This document shows positions 14,347-24,710 of a DNA stretch of 64,000 nucleotides, one piece after another. The stretch is taken from assembly GCF_009914755.1 (NCBI RefSeq), contig NC_060927.1, one strand, 5' to 3'. Within the stretch, counting starts at the first letter, position 1, and every line of letters starts with the position of its first letter. A model generated the notes under the pieces. The model did no database searches, was not told where the DNA came from, and saw only the letters and a program-made list of their open reading frames with translations. The stretch is from the human T2T-CHM13v2.0 reference genome, Homo sapiens. The translations under genes and the position numbers were made by a program.

Positions 14347-15327
14347 TTAAACAAATTTTTAACAACTCAGCAGGCTTAGTCTGCTTTCTTTCACAGTCTG
14401 CATTTTTTGGGCCCTGGAGCCCCAGGAGTCTTCGTAGCTTCCCACTCAGGTTAAGATACAGCACATATTTCCAGCTTCTACAGGTGGCCTCTTTGCACAT
14501 AGAATCGTAACCTTTATTTTCAACATCTGAAGCATTGCTACTTATCTATATTGATTAACTTAGCTGAGTTCTCCTCTACCATCTAATTAGATTTGGTTTC
14601 TTCACAGTGGAGCACAGGCTATCTTCAGTGTGTTCCGTACATACAAGCAACTTTATAACCATCTTTGTATCCATACTTTGTTAGACTGGTTTTTGTGTTG
14701 TGGGAATGACTGATTCACTAAGATGTCCAGGATGTTGGCAATCCAGTTGAGGGACGTGGTATAACGGGACCCAGCACTGCATTCGAATTTCATCCTTGGA
14801 CAAGACAAGTAACTTCTCTGACCCCAAATTTCTACCTACAAAAGAGGTAAATTGGATCACCAATCACCAAGCCCTAGGCAGACAGATAGATAAGTAGATA
14901 TATAGACAAAGATATGCAAACACAATCCCCCTTTACTTTTCATTTTAGCCTTAACATGGTTTTATGGCTTTATCCTATTTATGCCTTTTATCAGAAGGTG
15001 CCACAACTTACTTTTTGGAGGTATGAGGTGTAATAAATAAATAAGATCCCTTTTAAATGAATGAATTAATTGCATTCACACAATTGATATTTATTCAATC
15101 AACATTTATCATGTGCCAGACACAGTTCAAAGCACCAGGAATGTGGTGCTGAACATGCAGGCAAGATCCCTATTCTCACAAAACTTATTAGGCTCCAGTT
15201 GGGACAGCCAGATTTTTAAAAAATTCAGATAGTCACGACTGCCTTAAAGATAATAAAGCACTGAATTGGACAGTTTCAGGGTGGAAGGGAGTGTTACTTT
15301 ACAGATATATTGCAAAGAAAGCCTCTC

Positions 15328-15860
15328 TGTTTAGTAGGGAGCCTCTAAGAGGGCCCTCAGTGACTTCTGCCTTCTGGTGTTAGTTAATATTCTTGTGTAG
15401 TCCCCTTCGAAATGAATAGGGCTGACTTGGGTAGCCAACAGGGTATTGCAGAAATGATGGTGTGTGATTTCCAAGGCTAGGTCATAAAAGACATAGTGGC
15501 TTCTGCTCTGCTTTCTTGATTCCTCTATCTGGTAAAAGTGGGCACGATGTTATGAGGATGCTCAAGCAACCAATGGAGCCACCTACGTGGGGAGGAACTG
15601 AGGCCTCCTGCCAACATCCAGCACCACATAAGTAAATCATCTTGGAAAGAGATCCTCCAGCTCCAGTCAAGCCTTCAGAAGATAGCTCACCTTGCCAAAA
15701 TCTTCCTGCAACCTCAGGAGATACCTCATGCTAAAACCACCCAGGTAAGCCACTTCTGAATTCCTGGCCCACAGAAACTGTGAGATATAATAAATGGTTA
15801 TTGTTGTTTAGGCCACTAAGCTTGAGGGTAGTCTGCTATGCAGATACATAAGTAATAATA
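15328..15860 (+). mobile_element. MLT1 (MaLR) solo LTR, MLT1F/G-like, within L2 remnants
   Basis: tg...ca ends and motifs gaggaactgaggcctcc, ccagtcaagccttcaga and cccacagaaactgtgagatataataaat. Confidence 0.8.
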
Positions 15861-17021
15861 CAGGCAGCATCTCACCTTAGACCTAAATAATAAGATGGAG
15901 CCCTCCATGTGAAATTTCTGACACGGAGAACTACAAGAATGAGCTTGGCATATTCACAAAACAGAAAAAAATCAGTGTGGCTAGAGTGTAGTAAAAGACA
16001 AGTGCAGGCTCTCTTCTCCATCCAACCATGGGTGTAGAAACCATGCCAATGTTGTCTTCAGCTCAGCCCCAGCAACTAGTAGCACCCAATAATCAGGTAC
16101 TGAATGAATATATACACAAACAAATAAATGAATGAATGCTGGATACCATGTGCATTTCTTCCCCTACAGTTAATCACATTTCACAGAATCACAGAATACT
16201 GGGCCTGAATTTACCCTGCACCCAAACTTGCACCTTCTAATACACTAATCAAACAAATGTTTGTAACATATGCAATGTATTGTTAAAGTCTACAAATTTC
16301 CTACTTGATGCATACTGCCAAGGTTCTAATTTCACTAACTAGAGAGACAGCACTTTAAAATCTAGGGTTACTTCAGAGTCTAAATCCGGGTATCCAGCAG
16401 CAACACTGTAAGGGAGTACCCAGCGGAAGTCACAGTCAGCCCTTCGTCCTATCACTCGGTCTTCAAAAACTAGAACAACACTTTAAATTATAAATCAGAA
16501 TCTGACAGCTGGAAAAAAATAGCTCATTTAAAAATTAGAAAGGGATGTTACGTTCAGTGGCAATTCCCAGCTCATTGAGGTGCACAGTTTGCAATCTCTT
16601 GGTATCTCCAACAGATAGAATAAGAATCCATGGCTATTTAAATGCCCTCAGTCCTGCCTCTAGTTCCCTTACATATTCCAGGAATATGCATCCCAGCAAT
16701 ACAAATTGCTGGAAGTCACCTCCAGCAATTTCTAGTCCAAACCACTCATCTTACATGTGACAAAACTGAAGCTTAGAGGGCAAGGTGTCAGAGCCAGCTT
16801 TATGACGCTGGGCTCTAACTCCCAGCTGTGTGCCTCATTAAACCTCACCATCTCCCAAACTCTCTCTACCCGCTCACTGCCAGCTCTGTCAAGATAAAAA
16901 CTCAACGTTGTCTTCCAGTGGGCCACCCCAGAAGCACACCCTTTCCCGCCCATCTATTACTGTTTAATCAAAACAGCAGTCATAAGTATTATCCGATTGT
17001 TGAAATAATTGAAACACACTC

Positions 17022-17024
<3 letters not shown>

Positions 17025-17066
<42 letters not shown>
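17025..17066 (+). repeat. (CA)n microsatellite (~21 units)
   Basis: Directly visible. Confidence 0.97.
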
Positions 17067-17070
<4 letters not shown>

Positions 17071-19539
17071 GCCTTGCAATTCTAACCCATGGTATTTTAA
17101 ATCTCTCAAAACTTAGAATAAGACAATGGAGAGAACACTTTCCTTGGCAGAAAAATTCTAGAAATAGGAATACCTACCCAGGACCAGGCATAGTATTTCT
17201 CGTAATTGGTGCCCCCGGAATTGTACTCTATGTAATTAGCATCCACTGGAATTGTACTCTACATAAAAAGTGTCCCCAGGAGTCATGCAACCTAGACTAT
17301 AATGTAATTCATGATCCCTGAAATTGTGCCATGGTCAGCAACAGGCCCCACCTTTCTGAGGTTTCTATACTCTCTCTACATAGCACCACCTCCAGCCCTT
17401 CTAAAAGGGTTGCACAGTATATATTTTGTTAATTCAAAATTTATTTGTTGAACGAACGCCTGCTGTGTAAAGAAAACTGGTGAGGATCCCTAAGAAAATC
17501 AAACGTTGCCTCTAAAAAGGAATTGTCTAGTAGTGAATATAATCCAAGACAGAAAGTTCTGAGTGTTATGAAAGAGGTGTGAGGTCAGTTCTGAGACAGT
17601 CTATGAGTGGGAGGGACAACTTGAGAGAAATCAGAGACTTCTGTGGAAAAGGTGGTCTGCGAATGTTCAGCGTTGGGGCAGTAGGTACAGAAAGGAGACT
17701 AAGACAGAGCGCCCCCTACAGAGCATCCATGGGGGAATGAAATTGTTCCCTGCCGCAATGGGGGAGTGGTCGTCAAAACTGCAGAGCTCGGTGGGAGGCC
17801 CCTCTGAATTGCCGCTGGTCTTAACATGCTAAAGAGTTTAGTTTTCAGTCTGTAGACTAAGGAGACAGAGAAGGCCTTGAATAAAAACAACCAGATTGAA
17901 ACTGTGCGTTTGGAAGACTCACGTGGCTACAGTGTACGAGAAACCAGTCAGAAGAAGGCTGGTGGTAGAGACACAGGAGGAGGGGAGGTCCTGTTGCGGG
18001 TGTTGCCCAGGGGACAGTAACTACAGCACTTGCAGGGAACAGTGGAGACAAGGGGACCCATATGATAAACATTAAGGGAAGAATTTTAAGTTGGGGTGAT
18101 ATAAAATGTGTTTTGAGAAACTGAGGGCACCCCCATGAGACAACCAGGACATGTAAAAAAGAGTGGATAGAATCATGTTTCTCTAAAGGGAAATAAGCTT
18201 CCAACCAGACTGGAAGGAATCACAAGCGGAATTCATCCAACATTTTCTACTTAAGTCCTCCCTCTCTCTCCACTAGAGACCTTATATTTATATGTGCAGA
18301 ATAACATTTCATTCAAAAAATATCATTAAGATTTTCTTAGAATTCTCAGCACACTGCTAACAAACCAGTTTAGGCCCTGTTCTCAGAGAGCTACTTCCCC
18401 CACAGAAATGTAAGAATCAATTTGACATTAAAGCATCTTTCAGACTCAAGTTACTCCAGATTCTATCAGGAAGGGAATCAGAGACTGGTTGTGCTCAGCT
18501 GGGCATGGCGGCCATGATTCAATCACAGGAGCGCCTGGCTGGGTGGACTTTAGAACCACTATCACTGAGAGAAGGAATGGCGTCGAAACAAGAAGGGCAC
18601 GGAAGATTAATTCCAGGGCAGAGACACAGAAAGAAGAAAGGCCGAACGGGCAAGACTCGAAATTATAAGATATCAAAGAGTTTTACAGATAAGGGGGAAA
18701 AAAGGAATATTTCCTGAAAGAAATGTACTGGGTACTCTCTCATCAACAAAATATTACATGACCTCCTAAGTAGATAATTATGCAAACAGCAAACCATGAC
18801 TTACACTGGCTTTTGTACTAAAGATTACTCCAGTTAATAATGAATAATGAAAATGATTATGCATATTTCTCTGATGTTCTGATAAATACCAGCACACCCT
18901 ACTTTTTATGAGGCAATGCCATTGTAAAGAAAACACCTGTTTAGTATCTCTGAAAAATAAAAAGAATATCTAATGAAAAAATTGCCATGCTGTTATCATT
19001 TTGAGATACTGTTATCAACTCATGCAACTTTACTAAAATCTCATTTTAGACCAAATTTAATTAAGTGCTCTGGAGTAATGAACTAATAATGTTTCGAGAT
19101 TTCTTTGAGCCCCATGAGACCTCTCACCAGAAAGTTTTAAATACTGGGCCATTAGTGTATCATTTTATGTGTCCACTCTATCTCCCAAGGGAAAAGATAA
19201 AACTTTAGGAAGGCACAGTCATGATCAATGTGTTTGTATTTGAATAATCGGTAATACATAAAGAGAGAAAACTTTTTTTAAAAAAGAAGGTTTTAATGAA
19301 CAATGCTGATAGTTGATACTAGTTTAGAAATATGTTAATCTCCAAAAAACTTCAGGGCTGCACTTACCTCATATGTAATGAATGCTTAATACTGGGGGCG
19401 CAAAGCTCAATTCAGGCCATCAAAGAAACATACAAGGTCACATTGGTACACAAAAGGAAAAAGGCAGCTAAGGTCTGTGGAGGTACTGTTAAAAAGAGTC
19501 GGAACCTTCTGATATCTTTTTCTGAAGATTATTTTCCTT

Positions 19540-19834
19540 CTTTTCTTAGTCTTCTTTTTTTTTTCTTAAACAAGATGTCACTCTGTCACTGAGGCTGGAG
19601 TGCCGTGACACAATCACAGCCTCGACTTCTCAGGCTCAAACTATCTTCCCACCTCAGTCTCCCAATTAGCTGGGACCACAGGCACACACCACCACACTGA
19701 CTTTTTTTTTTTTTTTTTAGAGATGGAGTCTCCCTACATTGCCCATGATGATCTGAAACTCCTGGTTTCAAGCAGTCCTCCCACTTCGGCCTCCCGAAGT
19801 GCTGGGATTACAGGTGTGAGCCACTGTGCCCAGG
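19540..19834 (-). mobile_element. AluJ
   Basis: Reverse dimer with TSD-like aagatWattttc. Confidence 0.9.
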
Positions 19835-21149
19835 AAAGATAATTTTCTATTAGATAAAATCATTGCAATCAAATGTTGATGGTATCAATTTTCCCACTAA
19901 ATTCTACTTAACCATGGGATAGCATATTTGTACAGTGCTGTATGGTTTTTAAAGCATTGCCTTAAATACTTTATTGATTTTGAAACCAGTATGTGAGAAA
20001 GGCAAACAGTTGTGATGATTCTTATTAACTATGGTTAAATGTCCTACCCAAAGTCACAGAGTGAATAAGAGGTGGACATAGAACTGGGGAGACAGGGTTC
20101 ATTCCACTCCATTCATTCAAGCATTCATTCACGTACTCATTCATCCAACTAATGGAGACTATGGCTCCAAAGATGAACAAGATCTAGCCTCTGCCCTCAA
20201 GAAGTCCACGGTTTAGTAAAGAAGCAGAAAGGAAATCACACACCAAGTAAAACATGAGCATGAAAAGTGTAGCAAAGGGATGTATGCAAGGCTTTCAGAT
20301 GAGGTCAATTCTTAAATCTGGGTTTCAATGGAGAAAGGAATGGCTAGGGAATGAGGGCTAAGGGGAAAGACAAGTGTAGATCATCTAATTTTGTTCAAAT
20401 ACAAAAGTGTATGTGAGTCCTGGCAGAAGCTGAGAGTATGAGGTCAGCAGCAGCCAACTCCTGGCCTTGAATGCCTTACCCTGTGGGCCAAGTTAAGGAC
20501 AGCCAAGGTGCTTAGGTCCAGAAATATGCTAATCTCCAAAAAGCTTTCTGGGCTGAGCTCACCTCATATGTAATAAAGCACACTGGTGGCAACTTTCATC
20601 TCTTTTAATACTGAGATGTCTTGAAGCAAGAATGACTCAAGCCCCAGGTTTGAATGAGTAAATTGTTTGCTGTAGCCTATGTATGTATACACACATTTTC
20701 ATACACCCACGTGGATACGGTTTATATCCATAATACTACACATAATATATGTATCCACATAGATAATACAAAACATACACACAACTCTATAAACCTCACA
20801 TGCAGAGCCATCTGAATAACATGTATGTTTATACTGACCCCTTGAGACATGCTCTGATGGACACAGGTTACTCAGAGAGGTTACCTGTGCAGGACAACCA
20901 TGTGTCCTAGGTGATTTCAGACAGTCGTTTGCCTGCAGAGTAGGCATTGAACCAGGGCTGGACAAGATGAATTCCAAAGGTGGCCTAGAGCTCCATGGTT
21001 TCATGTATCACAAGCTTACTTGCATGAAGTAGTTTCGCCATTCTCAATAAATAAAATTCCCTGACCCTGGTGAAATTATTCCTTTCTGCTATTCTTTTGT
21101 ACTCAGGCAGAAAATGTATTATTGATTTCTGATTCCACCACAGAAAGTG

Positions 21150-21345
21150 TGACTTAGAGAAAAGAGCACTGAATGAGGAGTCAGGAAATCTAGATTATTT
21201 CCTCAAACCACGCTCCTCGCTGTCCCCTCCCCTTGTTACTGTGTGACCTTGAACAACTTACTTCACGCCTCTGGGCTTCAGTTTCCCAAGTGTTCAATGA
21301 AAGGAGTGGCTGAGTGTTCTACAATTCTCTTTCCAGCTCTGAATC
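21150..21345 (+). mobile_element. MIR
   Basis: MIR core ctgtgtgaccttgaacaacttacttcacgcctctgggcttcagtttcc. Confidence 0.75.
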
Positions 21346-22199
21346 TATAAAACAATTCCAGCCCATCCCTCAAGATTTAGTTTATCTCTGAGCTCTAAAA
21401 ATCAGGGCTAAAACTGGATTCAAAGTACCTATTTTCTAACCAAAGAAGATCCTGCTTCACTCACTTTTAAACCATGCAAATCTTGCATAATTTAAATGAT
21501 CAGTGCTGTCATTGGTTGCTCTGGTTTAAATTATGCATTGTTGCTATTTGGGGAAAATTTAGACTGGGTCCGGTCTGGAATCACTGGCTGAGAACAATAA
21601 GCCCCCAAAGTGAGAAGGATAAAGGCCTCTCTAGACAGGATCTGCTTTTAATGCTTTGAGCCCAGGGTTTACAAAAAGAGCATTGACTGTGTACATTAAA
21701 GAGCCACCGAAACAGCGAGGGACTGGTAAGTCTGCAGCAAATTCTCCCAGAAGCCACTGACCTTGGCTGCATTTCAGGGGTCAGGCATTCCCCAGGAGGG
21801 GCTCAGCAGGCAGACTTTACCAAGGGCTTAGGAACAAATGAGACATCTCATCTAGATGAGGCCACCTCTCCAAATGTGGCAAGGTGGAGATGATCTGCCC
21901 TCTGATTTGTGGAGATTACCTATGTGGCCTTTGGACCCACTCCAGCAGACACACCTCACCCACAAGACTGGTCAAAGACCCTGGCCCTCCAGGATATAAC
22001 TGTCTCCACATCTGCATCTAAGTCTTCTAGCCAGCAGTTCCTGGTCCCCAAGCTAGCTGTTGCCCTCTCTGTTTCCACACCTCCCAGCAGGCAGAAAAAC
22101 AGAAGCAGAGCCCTAAGCTGATAGCCCAGGCCACAAAGAGCAATTTCAGTGAATTGTGCAAAGATATATTTTCAAAATACAGATCACAAGAAAGCACAT

Positions 22200-22660
22200 C
22201 CCAAGTGTGAACCGCAGTCGTCCGCCCAGTGGGCCCTCACCGGTTGCTCCCCTGCCTGCAGGCTCCGTGCTTGGTATCTCAGAAAACCTTCCCGAGGAAA
22301 AAGCCCATAAGGGACAAGTCCCGGCCCAACTTAAAATCACATCAGACTGCTTTCCAGTAGAGGAGCAAGGTCGAGATTCCGGCCCAGGGAAATCACCGCA
22401 AGCCCTGCGCATTGTTCAGACCCCTTCCCCCTTTGCCACTTCCCGCCCCCCACCCCGACCTCCGACCGATTCGCAGCACCCCACCCCCAGTCGGGGCCAT
22501 CCATCCACCTGATTAACTCGCCGGCAGCAACTCCCAGCGTAGAAAGTAGGGCAAATGAACACACACAGTCGGTAAAGCAGGAAGCCACAGACCTGGCCAA
22601 TGCACCCACCCTGTTACCAACCCCACCCCGCTGCGCAGGGGGCAGCCGGTTCTTGATGTG
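22200..22660. promoter_or_regulatory. Satellite CpG-rich patch in intron 1 (candidate enhancer)
   Basis: Locally elevated CpG in non-repeat DNA about 1.7 kb into intron 1, with a CCAAT at ~22597 and C-rich tracts. Confidence 0.45.
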
Positions 22661-23510
22661 GCATTTCCACTCCAGGGAAATAGACAGCTTCCTGTAATAA
22701 TGCATGAATGAGCTTTGGCTGCCCAACTATCAGAACAGCCCATTTCAAACGGCATCTCTGTTTCTTCTCAACTCCTTACTTGCCTTGCTGAAACCTCATC
22801 TCTTAGCCCAACAGATTAAGACGAAGAGAGAAAGACTTATTCAAAGAGATGTGGAGGAAAAGGTTTAATTAAGGAGACCAAAGAGAAAGTACCACTTTGA
22901 TCACAAAGGTAGCACTTTAATATATCAGTGCAGATAGCGGCAATGTCAGAAGTACTAGGAATCCAGGTAAATGGCCCCAAGATTCAGCATCAATCTAACA
23001 ATGTATTCCTCAGGAGGGCGTGTGAACTTCCATGCTTCATCCATCCTGGTGTCTCCCTGTAGAGAGCCACCATGAATTCCTTCTCATCCACCCTCCATAC
23101 ATCAAGTATATGCACTCGCTTTCTTTTTAATTTTATTTTTGGTTCGGGAGAGGAAGAAGCAGTCCTTAAATTGGTGTCCAATCCTTCTCAGACACCCGCT
23201 GCTGCCACCATCCCCACCCCTCACCCCCTTCCAGGCAGGCAGCATCTAATTAAAATGGCAAGAAAGCTCTGCCCCCTTCCCCAAAGGAGTGTGTTGGGAT
23301 CGGGAGTTGGGGGTGGGGAAGCGTCGAAGCAGCACTTGGATTCCTGGTATTCAGATCTCAAAACAACAGCAAAATGGATTCTATATCAGTGATGTCTTAG
23401 TCAATACAATGAAACGGCGTCTGAGGTAATTCACGTGAAGGTAAACGCAAACCAGTGGGGCTGGGGGGAGGGAGGTGCTCTACAAAGGACTGGCCACAGA
23501 CACGGGGAAA

Positions 23511-23548
23511 ACACACACAGACACACACACACACACACTCGCACACAC
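23511..23548 (+). repeat. Interrupted (CA)n
   Basis: Directly visible. Confidence 0.9.
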
Positions 23549-23964
23549 TCCAGGGAGTTCCGGTCTGATTGAGGAAAAGCAGAAAACACATCCCTTTCAC
23601 CTGCTTAAGTTCAGCCATAAAACTGAAACGTTACAGCCACAAAGTCAGAAAGAACAGGCAGGGCTGAGTTAAAGCCATAAATAAAGGTGAGTGGCAGACT
23701 GGCATTTAAGGGAGCGCTGAGAGGGCGCCCGGGCGCGGGAGGTAGAAAAGGGGGAGGGGGAGGCAGTTGCCATCTACAAGACCAGCATAGCAATAACTGC
23801 CCCCTTGGAGCGGCAGGTTCGGCTTCGCGGGGACAGCCAGCCTCACAATGTCATCTTGCAGGTAGCTGGAAAACGTGAGGGGCCAGTGCCTTTATTCACG
23901 CTGGCATTCTTTTTGCAGAAGGGACAGTCGGGTCTCGCGCCTTGGCACCAGACAACTGCCCGGG

Positions 23965-23968
23965 GCGT

Positions 23969-24013
<45 letters not shown>

Positions 24014-24016
24014 CGC
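23965..24016 (+). repeat. (CA)n / alternating purine-pyrimidine tract, (UG)n on the TNIK pre-mRNA
   Basis: Directly visible; about 52 bp of uninterrupted R/Y alternation. Confidence 0.95.
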
Positions 24017-24309
24017 CTTTCATTTTAATGCTCTTACACCGGTATAAGATGAAACTGGCATAAGCTCTACGAGCCCTCGGGAGAGCCTCGGCCACGGCCA
24101 GAGGAAGACACGTACCGCACAGCCCCTGCCGTAGGGGCTCAGCCAGGAGCACCTCAGCAACCCCGAATCAAAACGGGAATCCAGGTTCCCTCCCCGACGC
24201 ATTCTCCCGCTGCTGTCCCCCTGCCCCAGCCCCAGCCCCCAGTCCACGCACCGAGCCCATTCACCCTAACCCAAACCACTGGAAAGAAACCAGAAAACGT
24301 CCTGCTCAC

Positions 24310-24366
24310 CCTCAGAGCCGAGAGATCTATTTCATCCAGGCTTCGAGCCGGGGAGTCGCTCGCCAT
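24310..24366 (-). CDS. TNIK: TNIK first coding exon (19 codons, MASDSPARSLDEIDLSALR)
   Basis: The translation matches the recognised TNIK N-terminus (paralogues MAP4K4/MINK1 differ in the first residues). The ATG at 24366 has strong Kozak context (gacATGG). It is followed by the canonical donor AGG|GTGAGC (GT at 24309-24308, phase 0). Confidence 0.95.
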
Positions 24367-24710
24367 GTCTACTTCTTCGCTGGAGAAATGGACCAAAACC
24401 ACCCCGAAGCTTTTCCCTTGGAAATTCCACCTTGGTCTATTTCACTCGCGTCCTCATGCGGGTGTCGCGCCAGAGGCCCCGGGCCCAGCCTCCCCCGCCC
24501 ACCCCAGCCCCACAGCGCCGGATCCCGATCCTCCGCGCGTCGGTCCGCCGCGTCCGGGAGCCCAGCCTGCGCGGATCTCCAAGCCCCGAGCAGCGGTGCG
24601 TGTGGGCTGAGCGCCCCGATCGGCTAAGGGCGCTGGGGCTGCGTGGGTGTATTTAAATGGGACATGCTTCTTTGCTTGTGCGTGGATGGCGGCTGCATTG
24701 GCTGTTATAA
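24367..24710 (-). other. TNIK: TNIK 5' UTR portion of exon 1 (upstream boundary/TSS approximate)
   Basis: GC-rich sequence contiguous with the ATG, with no obvious acceptor. CCAAT (24697-24701, minus) and TTTAAATA (24650-24657, minus) motifs lie nearby. The exact TSS cannot be read from sequence. Confidence 0.55.

Noticed and set aside
24154-24402. 82-aa ORF as a complete protein
   Set aside because: Only codons 13-31 are TNIK. The remainder reads through the GT donor into intron 1.
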